This document shows, one piece after another, positions 43,643 to 56,237 of a stretch of DNA of 64,000 nt. The stretch lies in the NCBI GenBank assembly GCA_964035545.1, contig CAXIUT010000289.1, positions 105,001 through 169,000 of the forward strand, given 5' to 3'. Position numbers and translations under genes: made by a program. Position 1 is the first letter of the stretch. Each line of letters opens with the position of its first letter. Under the pieces are notes generated by a model. That model did not search any database, was not told where the DNA came from, and saw nothing but the letters and a program-made list of their open reading frames with translations. Source of the stretch: Bugula neritina (taxonomy: Eukaryota; Animalia; Bryozoa).

Positions 43643-46600
43643 AAACAGGTCAAACCATACGAGCTGGGAACTAGCGTAGACGAAATCTTTGCTGCGCTGC
43701 GAGCCCATTTTGGCATCTCTGCCATAGACGCCAGAGCCCGTCTCCAGAGATTATGTCGCAAACCGCGGACACCCCTACAAGAACATGCAGCCACGGTAAA
43801 AAGATTGGCACAAATCACATACAGCGACTTACTGGTGCGACACCAAGAGAGCTATACCTATGATTATTTTGTCCAGTCGCTGAATGACTTGGGCCTTCAC
43901 CATCAGCTACAAGCAAGGGGGTTAACCACGGTAAGGAATGCCTTGCGAGAAGGGGAGGCCTATCTGCTAGCAACTCAGTTACACAAAGGTCACAGAGGCT
44001 CACAGCCAGTTGCTATAAACGCCACAGAAGAACTTGAGGCGCCACTACCACTCACTCAAGCTATATCAACTCCCACAAACTCCCTCGTAGATGCAGAAGT
44101 CAACCGCATGACAGAGATGTTGGAAAAGTTGGTAGCAGCCCTCGCCCGCTCTGACACTGCAGAGCCGGCCCAAAGGCCCATGCGGCCGTTGATGAGGCCC
44201 CCGCAGCCCCAGGCCTTATGCTGGGGGTGTGGCGGTCGAGGACACTTCTGTACGGAGTGCCCCCAGAACAGACGTGCGTTAAACTACCACGGCCCGCGGA
44301 CGTCTCTGCTCCCCGCAGGCTAAAAATGAAGGATTCCAGGAAGGCATACCGCTGACCGTCTGCACAGATGCGACGGTATGCCCCTCACGAATGGCAGGTT
44401 CTACGTAGGACCAGAAAAGCGACCAGGTACCTTTTCCCTGCCATTCGCCAACCGTTTCTACTGGTTACCAGAGAAGGAGCTGACCGCCGACGTTGGGCCG
44501 CAAAATCAGGCAGAGAGCTCCAACCCTTCAAGGCGTAGACCTTGCTACCGAGAGCCTCATAAACTACGGGCTGACCCCTCGAAACCCTACCCTGATAGAG
44601 TCGAACATGCGGAAGGAGTGAAGGTACAACCACACTGAGATAGTTATTTCCTACTGGGTAAAGTGGCCGGTAGGGCTGTCACTTTCCTGCTAGACTCCGG
44701 TTGTACTACGAACCTTCTCAGCCGTAGAGTCTTTGAGACTCTTTCCTGCCAGAATATGAGCAAAGTACAATCGTACACCGGGGAACATGGCACCCTAGCA
44801 GACAGGCTGTGCATCCCTTTCTACGGTATTGCAGAGCTCAATGAGCTCGTCCGGGACCAAGTCATACAGGAGACGTTTGTCATCAGTCAGCTCGAGGATG
44901 ACGCTATCCTTGGTATGCCATTCTTAAAACGGCATAACTGCCGCATCGATTTCAGCAAATCGGCGGTACTGATGACCGGGCGGGAACTCACCTGTGTAGA
45001 TGAATTTGGCTGTCCTCTAGTAGGAGGCTTGCAGGTAGTACAGAACTGAACAATACCAGGTCGCTCTCGGGTTACTATTCACTGTAGGGTGAACAATAGC
45101 CAGATCTCCGGACTACAGGTAGTGGAAGGTGCACACGATAGAATCCAACTCGCCAGCCGCCTAAATCAGCTGACTGCGTTAGAGAGATCCCCGTGCAGTG
45201 CGTCAACCCTTTCACGGAGTCGGTAAAGCTACCGGCAGGGTCTATGCTGGGTCGATTCCACTCTGTCCAGGAAGAGGACGTGGGACTGTCGTTGGGAGAT
45301 ACGATGGAAAGTCCCAACGGTTCCGCCAAAAGGGCGGGGGACTGTTCCACCACACATCAGGGAGTTGTATGAGACAGCCTGTGGTGGCTGTGCAAGCAAT
45401 GAGAAATGCTAGGTTATGGCGAAATTGCTACGCAACTACGGTAATGTGTTCAGCAGCGGAGATCATGACGTGGGACTGACAGGAGCAGTCAGACAAGAAA
45501 TACCGCTGGCTGCAGGGACAGTCCCTATTCTGCAACCAACCCGCAGGTTGGGGCCGGAGATCCAGGATCTTCTGGACCGTGGCCTCATCGAGCCAGCCCA
45601 TAGCGCATGGAGCGCGCCGGTCGTTTTGGTCCGGAAGAAAGACGGAAATTGGCGGTTCTGTGTGAACTACCGCAAGATCAATTGTGTGACCATACAGGAC
45701 GCCTACCCTCTACCTCGTAGTGATGAATCCTTAGACGCTCTAGCCGGCAGCAAGTACTTCAGTATGTTAGACTTGATGAGCGGTTACTGGCAGGTTCCTC
45801 TGAGTCCCGACGCCCATCACACAGGACAGACTGTGGAAGTGGAAGGTGCTGCCCTTTGGGTTGACCTCCGCTACGGCCACCTTCCGAAGGCTAATGGAAC
45901 AAGTTCTGAGTGGCCTTCACTGGAAGACACTGCTGATCTATCTCGATGACATCATCGTGATCTCTCTAGACTTCCAGACACACGTCAGTCGTCTGAGAGA
46001 GGTTTTCAAAAGACTCAGAGGTGCCGGTCTAAAGCTGAAACCTTTCAAGTGCGCTCTGTTGCAGCCGGAGGTTAAATATCTGGGGCACGTTGTTGGTCGG
46101 AACGGCGTGGCAACGGATCCCAAGAAGGTACAGGCTATAGAAGACTGGGTCACCCCCCAGGATTTGACTGGACTTTGGGCATGCCTGGGTCTGGTAAGGT
46201 ATTACAGGCAATACATACCAGACTTTGAGGAGATAGCACAGCCGCTGAACCGGCTCACCACAACGGGGGTGGCGTGGCAATGGACCCCGGTTGAACAACA
46301 GGCCGTCGACCGCCTCAAGGGTTGCCTACTGACGGCACCCATTTTGGCCTACCCAGATCCCACTCTGGAGTACATTCCAGACACAGACGCCAGTGACCAG
46401 AATGTTGGCGCTGTGCTGTCGCAAACGCAGGAAGGCTGTGAAGTAGTAGTAGCTTACTACAGCAAGTCTCTCTCACCCACTGAACAAAATTACTGCACTA
46501 CCCAAAAGGAGTTGCTAGCAGTTATCAAGTCAGTGAAGCACTTCTGACCCTATCTGTATGGCAGAATGTTCTGGCTGCGTACAGATCATGCCTCCGTAAT

Positions 46601-49600
46601 TTGGTTGTGCAAGAGAGCAGAATCGTCCAGTCAGGTCGCCCGGTGGCTCGAAATTCTAGTCGAGTTCTCTTACCAGATTGAACATCGACCAGGTAAAAGG
46701 CACGGCAATGCAGATGGGTTGAGTCGACGGCCCGATGGAGGTTGTAAACAGTGTCTCAACATTGAGAAGAGGAACGGAGGTCCCCCACATGCTGAGTTAA
46801 AAACACTGGCTCACCAGGGAGAGAAATTTGACTGGGACCACGGTCAACTCAAGCAGGTAGTTGACGAGCACTCGGAGGTTGTGCAAAACCTCCGTGCCAA
46901 CCCTGTTTTAGCCAATAATGTCCGGGAGCTGAAGAAGCTTCAGGAAAACTTGCCTTGGGTGGTGGAAGACGTGTATCGGGCTAAAAAAGAAGGGCAAAGA
47001 TCCAGTGAGGAACAACTGAGGCAGGGATGTGCCGTGTTCCGGCTGTTCTACCAGCGTTGGGGCTCGCTGAGGATCGGGCCGGATGGTCTGCTGACCATTA
47101 CTCTAGTCGCCAATGGCAGACACCCTGAGAAACAGAGGGTAGTCTATCCCACTGCCATACACCGTGAGTTAATTTGGGACACCCACAAACAGGCTCACGC
47201 AGGAGTCCAAAGGGTGATCTCAAAATTGCAACTCCGGTGGTAATAGCCAAGATGGGGCTTGATGTCCGACTCAGAATGAAACAGTGTGAAATCTGCCAAG
47301 CCAGTAAGCATGGTCGTCTCCCTAGCAAAGCGGGACGGCGGAGGTTGTATGCTGAACGGCCGTGGCAAGTGGTAGCTGTCGACCTGGTCGACCCCATGCC
47401 CCTGACCCCAGAGGCAACAGCTGGATCCTAGTATTAACCGACCACTTCAAGAGGTGGGCCGACACTCTGGCAATCCCAGATGCGTCGGCTTTGACAGTGG
47501 CCAGGGTGCTGGATCAACATGTATTCTGTTACTTCGGTCTTCCCGAACAGATACATTCTGACCAAGGCGCCTAGTTTTAGGCTCAACTGATGAGCGACCT
47601 CTGTCGCCTCTGAGAAGTGAACCAGAGCAGGACCATTTCCTACCACCCTCAAGATAACGGAGTGGTGGAGCGCAACAACAGGATGCTAGGCGATGCGTCT
47701 CGTAGTCTACTCCTTGGGCGTAGTCAGGAGCAATGGGATACGGTATTACCGCAGGTCAAGCGCGCTCACCGCAGCACACCACACACCAGCACTGGTGAAA
47801 CCCCTAACCTCCTGATGCTTGGAAGAGAGACTCGGGTCCCCGACCACCTTACCTACCACGTTCCCGAGCAAGATAGCTCAGTTCACGAGTATGCCAGTGA
47901 ACTAGTAAGGCGGATGAGGGTCGCACACAAAATGCTGCGGGAAAAGCAGTGGCAGGTGCGGCGTTAGGACTCCGAAGAACCGCCTTTCTATCAGATAGGA
48001 GATTGGGTGTGAATAGTCAATTACCGTAGGCGTCGCAAGCAGGCGGCTAAATTACAGCCTAAGTTCGTGGGACCCTACGTGGTAGTCGAGGCTATGCCCA
48101 ACCATACCTACAAGATCGAGCACTCAGGACAAGTGTCTATCCAGAATGAGGCTTGCTTGAAGCGATATTGGGCTAGCCTAGATGCAGTGAGAGAAGCCCT
48201 CCCCCCCCCGTTGTTGGAGCCCAGAAGGCAGACGACAATGCGTGGGCAGCGGCATGAACTCGAGTATGAGGTGGTCATCCCGCGGGAAGAAGACTTGGTA
48301 AGAGACGAGCGACCACTTCCACCAACAGAAGTGCGTCCACCGCTTCCAACGCCAGGTCTGACGCCATTACTTCCAGAACCCGAGCCGGATCCGGAAGTGC
48401 AAACCCCCACGGAGGGAGGGCCTCCATCCGGAGATAATGGTGAGGAAACGGTTACTAGAAGACCAGAAGCACCGCCATTGGAACTTGATAGTCCACCGGT
48501 GAGTGCGCCCCCCCCCTGGAATGAGGACAGTGTACTAGACAACCCCTAGCGTATTTAAAAGATTTCGTATGTGACTGCGTTCAAAGCGGTATGTATGAAA
48601 GTCTAGCGCGAAACCATACGGGTAAACCATCGGTAGGCTGCAAGAGTTGTGAGCTCCACGTGAATATCAACTTTTACGAGGGCTGAGTAGTGGGCAGAAT
48701 GAATGCGCCCGGGGTAAAAAGTTTCAGTCACGTGCAGCAAACACGCTGCCTGGCCCTTTCATACGCTGACATTGCCAAAGGCAGACGTGTTTCTCAAGCT
48801 CACACCTAGATACCTGAACGTTGAGTATGTCTCTAAATACCGAGTTCCAAGGTAAGCCTGCCTAAGTCTTGTATTCCTATTTATGAAAACAGGTCTGCTA
48901 CAAGTTAATTCTGAACTAATCGATCTGATTGAGTCAAAATTACTGGAAACCGTGTCTAATGTGAATGACGACGAGGACATAGTGATGGCCGACGATCTGT
49001 TAGATCTAGAGCTAGACACTATAATTGTTAGTCAGTCTGCACGTAGAAACCCGGTCTCTCAAGTGCCTTATAAAATTTGTGACCCTCAGACTAGTAATAG
49101 ACGATCGTCACTAGAATTATATTGTAAAGATCAATCTCGATCTAACAATAGTTCTACTCTTGTAGACGACACTCGCTCTCCCACTTCTCAAGGGATGCCA
49201 TCTCTAGAAATGGCATGGAACCCAGAACCTTTACTACCTATGGCATTCAGTCACAAGTTACCTCTTGCATTGGAGACTAAATCATGCTGGACGACGCCAG
49301 CCACAGAGGGAGAAATCCAGTAATACCTGGGCGACGAAGATAACACTGTGTGTCGTCTGTGCCAAAAGCATTTCACCACACACCGCCGGCTGCGGGTACA
49401 CCTCCCGCATCATTTCGTCACCACCTTCTGTCCCTGTGAAGAGTTCAGCTACCACAAAGACTATATCTTAAGGCACCAGCGAACAATGAATTGTTTCCAG
49501 AGAAACCCCTATGATGTGGATGAAGACTTTTACCCCACCTTTCTCGATCTCATACGACCGTTCGTCTCAGACCCGGCTTGGTTGGAGCGTCTTACCCAGA

Positions 49601-50575
49601 GATTTCTTGCTCCCCGGCTCATCACCCCTGGGCTCACCACAAATCCTCCCGGATATTTCACCAACTCACCGTCTAAATCCATCCGCCCCCCTCGATCCAT
49701 CCCCCATGTCCTACTACAACGCATCGAAACTAAACCCTACAAACTTCCTCCTTCCTTCCCTCCTGCAGATCGAAAGAAACGATGGCAACACCCCTCTCTT
49801 CTACGTTCCTTAGCATTGACCCGCAACCTGGGAGAAGTAGAACTCAGAGCCAGTGAGCTCGAACGGTAGGTGCATCGGCTCGCTCCTAGGGTTAAAGAAG
49901 CAGCAAGCAAGCTATGGTCACTCCAAGAATCTATAGCCCAACTCAAACCGGCCACCAAAGACTAGTATAACATTCTCCCAGTTTGCGGAGGACTCTCTAC
50001 TCGGGATTATCTGCTCCCTCCCATGACACCTTGGTGCTCGATAGGTAATGTCAGAATATAACTGTATATATGGTGGAGAATAGACAATCACTATGATTCT
50101 TTGTTTTATTATTTTTTCTGTATATACATATATGTGTGTCTCGATGGGTGTCATTTTCTTATTATGTGTAAACTTTCTTTTTTTGATAAAATACTTTATA
50201 AATATTGTCTTAGATAACTTTTTTTCATATATCATAGTTTTTTACATAGTGCGCTTCTCTTTCACTCTGGATTTGGCAGGAAGTAGGCTCCTTGCTGGAG
50301 GGGCGGTGTAGTGGCCAATGAAGTGTACTAGTATACACGTACAGTCAAGCCAATCACAAGGAAGCACGTGATTACCCCGGCGAAGCAAAATGCTTCCTGA
50401 CAGTTTATATATAGTTTTTAGTTTTAAGTAGTATGTGAAGATAGGGAGTAGACTTATATATGTGTTATAGAATTTGAATGTATTTTGCTATCATTTGTAT
50501 ATGTTAGATTAAATATAGACTTTATCTTCTACTAGGTCTGTGAAGTGTTTAGAACTATAAGTACAATAGGATACA
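43643..50575 (+). mobile_element. Decayed Gypsy element lacking its 5' end: gag C-terminus, protease, RT, RNase H, integrase, zinc-finger accessory ORF, PPT and 3' LTR (50307-50575)
   Basis: CWGCGGRGHFCTEC; LLDSGCTT; YLDD; DTDASD; HKQAH..CEIC; DQGA; GVVER. PPT GCTGGAGGGGCGG followed by TGTAGT...GATACA. Confidence 0.93.
49195..49966 (+). pseudogene. Gypsy accessory ORF in the env position: C2H2 and C2HC zinc fingers, Pro-rich linker, coiled coil; two in-frame stops (49321, 49867)
   Basis: CRLC-x12-H-x3-H and CPC-x12-H-x5-C; frame continues through TAA/TAG. Branch point CTAAC, pyrimidine tract and TAG acceptor at 49142-49165. Confidence 0.72.
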
Positions 50576-51020
50576 GTTGCATATAGGATCTACTCTAAGT
50601 ATTATAATTGGAAAAAATTATAAAAATATTTTGAAAGAAAAATTTGCAACTCTTGTTTACTGTACAATGACTTGACCTTTATTTCAGTAAAATTATTTTT
50701 AAGGTTTCTCTGTTTTGGTCAACGTTGATTGAATTAGTATATTATAGTGATTGCAGTTTTTTAATGTAAAACGTGCAATGTAGCAATAGCTAGCATGGGA
50801 TGATGTTTTACCTGTTAAATGATTTTTCTTTCTATTAGTTTTCTATAATTCTCTCTGAACTTTGTAGATTGTAATTTTACAAGTAGTACTCGCATATCAT
50901 AACACCACAGTGAATGGGGTTTCCATGTACTTGCTTTTGTAACTTACGTGACGTTTTTTTGGTTTTCGTCAAATAACAAGAACAGCTTATCATAATTATG
51001 AAATCTTAACACCTTTACAG

Positions 51021-51838
51021 GTCAATCAAATGAAGGAAATCAACTAACTATTGACATTAATAATACAACTCAAAATGATCATGAAGGTTATAGCACAGAA
51101 CGAGATACTGCTAAAAAATCAACTCAACAGACAGGAAATAAATTAGATATTCGAACAGCAAAGAACAACCTCACAGAACCTGCTGGAAAAATACCCCCGG
51201 CTACAGGTGCTGCAGCTAAAATAGTCGGAAATGTTGGAATTGTAATTAGCACAGCTGCAAGTGTTTATGTTGTTTGTAAAGTAGCAGATGAGTTTGAAAA
51301 AGAAATAGGAGTTAATAGTAAAGCAGGGGGAGTAGGAGCAGCTGTAGGAGGTGGAATTGTTGGAGGTGCTATGGTCAAAGCATCCTCAGTCGCAGCAGCA
51401 GCAGCAGCAGCTGGTAAAGGAGGAGCAGTAATTGTATTAAAAACTCTAGCAACTGCAGCTGCAGGATCTTTTGGTGGTGCTTTGATTGGAGGAGCAGTTG
51501 CACTTGGTGTTGCTGCAGCAGCCAAAAAAGCTGGTGCTCCAGATATTATAATTCCTGTTTTAGCAGGTGGTACAGGGGGTGCTGTTGGAGCAGCAGCAAT
51601 TGCACTTATAGCAGGAGGAAGCTTAGGGGCTGCAATAATTGTTGGAGGTGCACTTGGAGCCTCGGTTGGGATTTTCTACCAGGGGGCTTCTTGGGCGATA
51701 GAAAATGGGGTGAACTCTACAGCAGAAAATACATACAACTATGCTAAAGAAAATGTAGCCGCAGTAGCAAGAAATGTGTTAAAATATGCTGATAGTGCGT
51801 GGAATACATTTACGGAGTACTTTGGCTGCTGGCTTTAA
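51021..51838 (+). CDS. Intact paralogous terminal exon of the RING/glycine-zipper gene, with only one partial 22-aa repeat; its own upstream exons are missing
   Basis: Intact acceptor (acctttacag), phase-1 open frame to TAA at 51838; colinear with 31761-32971. Confidence 0.7.
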
Positions 51839-52223
51839 ACATGTAATACCTACTCCTCCTGCCAAACTTCTAAGTTGATGTCAGGCTGACTCTGATTCTA
51901 AACAGTTATTTGTTCAACCACAGTTTTAGTATGACGACAAGCATCATGGAAAGAATTAGAATATACATTGTCATACGAGCTACATATATATATTTGTTAA
52001 TCATCACGGCCTATATAATATCTCAATGCAATAATAAATTAGGAAAAGACATAGAAAATCATGCATAATTGGAAAAGCCCTAATTATTCAGTTTTATTTG
52101 TTAAAATTTTGATAGTTTGAGGCAAAAATCTATATACAATAGCAGCTAAATAGTAAAAAATTGTCAAAAGCTAGAATCGTCGAGTGCACACCAAATTAAC
52201 TAAAATAATCCACTTCATAATAC

Positions 52224-54718
52224 TGTCTGGTGGAAGCACAACATCATTTCCTACTCCTTTTGGGAAAAGAGATTTTATTAGACCTCCTTTCACCTACCAA
52301 TGTTCTAGTGGGTTTAATGCCAAAGTTTCATATGGCTACCTAGAGGTGTGCTCTGGTGACATTGTCCAATAGCTTCATCTGTAGGAGGCAAAGTACATAA
52401 GTTAAAGGCACATCGCAAATAGTATTGCTGACTTTGGTTTCCCAAACCTTTTGTCCTGTAGATGTCATGGAGGAGCACTTTGCATAATTGTAGCAACATA
52501 GCAAAAACTTGCTAGCTTGTATGAATAGTCATCCTGAAAAAAGCACTAGTGTCACCAAATCACACTTTCCTTCTACCAAGACATTTAGTATGACTCCCTT
52601 TCAAATATTTTACATTGTTGCCCCTGAGAGGCCATGTGAAGGCTGCAAATTGTTCATTATAGGGCCTTGTCTTAGACTTTCTCACCCAGTACGCTGTGGT
52701 CCAGGATGAGTAGGCCCTAGCGGTTTTGCAGGGCACCAAGTGCTATTAGAGAGTGTCATCTGATTCTATTGTCAACATCTTCATCTGAGAAGCCACATTT
52801 CAGTATGCCATCTTTCACTGTATCAATTAACCTTTTTTTTGCCCCCCTCTTTCTCTTTCTCTGTATCTTCATCTCAGCCACCATTATAATACCTTCCTCC
52901 CTATCTCTTCTGCGCACATGTCCATACCATTGAAGAGGTCTCCTCCTCATGTCTATTGCGATAGCTTCTATTTTGGCCTCCTCCTTTATATTATCATTTG
53001 TTACATGATCTTCCCAATTTATATTGTAAATACGTCAGTTGCACTTATCTGCTTTAATATTGGCAAGGGCAACTGGGTGGCATCCTTCTTTGAGTGGGTC
53101 ATTGCAGAGTTCAATTTTCCGTTTGAAAGACTCCGTGTCCTTTGAATCAGATTGGATTCCTAATTGCATCTCATCCTTATGAGTAGTGAAAGCATTTATT
53201 TCAGACTCATCCCTGATGTCACTGAGGCCTTACTGTATCTTGTTACATGCAGAAGTGCTGTACACCCACACTTTGAGAGTTTCACATTTAGTGGTGAAGC
53301 CAATGATTCTACCTTGGTGTGAGCAAATCTCACGAAGGTCACCTCAATGGTCATGTCCGACCAGATGCCGTCGAGCTGGCCGTGTTTATGATGCATTTTG
53401 TGGTTACCAGCCGTGAATTCAATTCTTACATCTTGTGGCATGACCTCCACGCTATGCAGATAGTGCATTTCCTCTTTTATTGCTAGGTGTATAGCCCAGC
53501 CTCCTTCTCTAACAGCTATGATGTGGGTGTTGATGGTAAAAATTGGTCCAATAAAGCACATGACCCACAGTTTTGCTATTCTTGAGCTCTCTGCAATTTT
53601 AATCAACATCTTTTCGAGGTCTTTCATGCTAGTGATTACACTTTCATCAAAACTAGCTTTAACAGTTCTCCCACCAATATTCTCAAACCTCATACATTCT
53701 GAGGAAACTTTTTATTTAGCATTTTGGAGAAACTACCAAAAGTAGAAATAACTACTATCTACCAAATCACTTTCAGCTATTAGTGGTCCAATGCACCCGA
53801 CATAGGTCATTAAAAGGGGAGAAATTAATAGTAAACATTAATGAAAGGGGATTGGTATGAAAAAAGTAGGGAACCACTGTTCTAATAGATGTATTACTTC
53901 CCCCAGCATGAAATACATTTTCATTCATAAAAAACTGTTTACAAATGCTTTTAGAGGAAAAGTCCAATGTGCTGATGGTAGAAATAGTTTTCAAAAGCAA
54001 AAATGTCAGATAAATGATGTGTCAATAATAAAGCAATTTAATTATGTTAAGAAGCCATGGTGCTGTGTTATTGTTGACCTCTTTTTATAACTTTAAAAAA
54101 TATAGCTAAAATTTTAAAACTGAAAATAACTATTAAGTTGGCAGCTCAACAAACTTTTTTGATAGGCATGCTAGTTTGAAATAAATTGATATTTAGCTCA
54201 CATGGCAATGATGATGCATTTTAAGTTTGCAGAACCCCTTTCAGCTTTTTTTGGTGGACATATTTGTAATAAGCATATAAAATCACACCCTATAGTAAAT
54301 TTTCATGAAGTTAGAACTAACTGATGCAGAGATGTAAGGAGATTATAAACGCGACAAGGCTAGGTTAAACTTGAAAAAATGAATGATTAAGGCTTAGCTT
54401 AGTTACCCTTGAATATCATTTGCCTATTACTCAATAATACACATGATAAAGGCACGTGCATCTCTATTATATTAGTTTCTAAAGATTTCAAAGCATTGGA
54501 ACCTTAAATTTAGCCTCAATGGGTAGGTACATTTGAATTAGAAAAAATCGTTTGGTGCCTGGCGGCCATCTTGAATTTCTCAAAATGCTGAAGGGTAAGA
54601 AGTCCCCACCCACCTGGAAACATTTACCTAGACCCTATATTTGAATAATCAAGAGAGAAAAAAACTTTATCCGGGATTGCAAGCCTAAGTCAAAAATTGG
54701 CATTTTTCTGCCAGACTA
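52224..54718 (-). mobile_element. DNA transposon relic, probably Academ-like
   Basis: AVREGGWAIHL...EFTAGNH..GIWSDMTIEVTF resembles Academ-type transposases as I recall them. Terminus TAGTCTGGCAG at 54718 and subterminal GGCGGCCATCTTGAATTT. Left end uncertain. Confidence 0.55.
52745..52935 (-). mobile_element. Short RTE-type LINE 3' fragment
   Basis: RRRPLQWYGHVRRRD...RKRGAKKRLIDTVKD, the typical RTE C-terminus. Confidence 0.75.
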
Positions 54719-55072
54719 TTAGGAGGTTTTGGTGGTTGTAGGTGGATTTTGTGAAAATTTTCTCATTAGATGATATTGACGACAGTCGTTTAATTACAGA
54801 CAAAAGTAGGTTGGAGATTATATGCTTGGTGGGTGGTTGGATTTGCTATGAATATATTTAGTAGAACTGTTTGGCTTAGTGTATGGTGTGTAGGTTTTGT
54901 TGTTTAGGTTGAGTGTGGTGTCTAAGAAGTATATTATTTTTTTATTTGCTTTGATTGTTATTTTTAATCCATTTTCAGAAAATATTTTGCAGACATCCTT
55001 TTTTATGTTCTCTATTTATTTTGTTGTTTTGTCGGAGACTCCTAAGCCATCGTCCCTGTACAGGCCGAAGCT
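54719..55072 (-). mobile_element. Penelope-like element RT fragment
   Basis: Minus strand reads [12 protein letters not shown]...YFLDTTLNL...[19 protein letters not shown] (PLE RT catalytic and thumb region); abuts (TA)n. Confidence 0.85.
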
Positions 55073-55087
55073 ATATAAATATATATA

Positions 55088-55140
<53 letters not shown>

Positions 55141-55162
55141 TATCCAAAATTGTATCAATACC

Positions 55163-55248
<86 letters not shown>
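55073..55248. repeat. (TA)n microsatellites
   Basis: Directly visible. Confidence 0.98.
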
Positions 55249-55250
<2 letters not shown>

Positions 55251-56237
55251 CAGGTATCAGTTTGTTGTTTCTATCTCTTTTACAACTTTCAGAATAATGA
55301 AATTTTCATGACAAAAAAACCGGCCCATTGTGCCCCAGTACTGGGGTACAATGGGTTGCTGGGTGGGACCCAACAAATATATTAAAACTTTGCTGATTTT
55401 GTTGCATCTGATATTTATTTATTTAATATTGCAAATAAATAGAAATATTCTTTCAGATCTACAACAAAACTTATGTTTTAGCTGTACAGTTTGAACCAAC
55501 ACGGATAGCAGGGGCAAGAAAAATCAAACGCACATTACTCATTTCTACGGTGTCATTATCATTCCTGTTTAGCACTAAAAATGTTTTTTATTTTCACTTC
55601 ACAGGCTTTTTTATCAGAAAAAACGTTAGTAACATGTACTAGAAAATTTCGAGTGGACTTATTTTTATAAACTGTAGCTAAGGTGCATGGCTTCGGTTTG
55701 TGACTGGAGTATGAAAGAAAGAGTGGAGGGGAGAAGGGGAAGGAGGGAAATGAGCAAATCGCAATTCACAATTTAATTTAGTCAAATACATGTATATTTC
55801 CTCAATGATATAATATATAATGAATATCATGACTATATACTAGTAGCAACAGCAGAGTGTTTTGTATTATGTATAAAATGGCAAAGCTATGACCTCACCA
55901 GATGTATATATTAGGGGAGCTTCACCTTGTAGTGTTGTAGTCTTACCATGATGTCTTTGCTATTTTACAAAAAGGTCAGAGATTTCTATATCTATAGATT
56001 TTAGTAACATTCCAACCAACCTTTTGGGCAAACAAACTAATAACAGTAATCAGGGTGCAATAATCAGGTGGCTCATTGTGCCCGTGTGGCCAAATTGAAA
56101 ATAAATGTGGCTCAAGGAAAATTTATTTTAGAGTTTGCTGTTATACTAGTTAAGCAATGTAAAGACAAGCAATGGCAACAATATCAGTAAAATCCAGGCT
56201 TGATGCCTTTGAGTCTAAAAAGTTATAAAGCTTTAAC

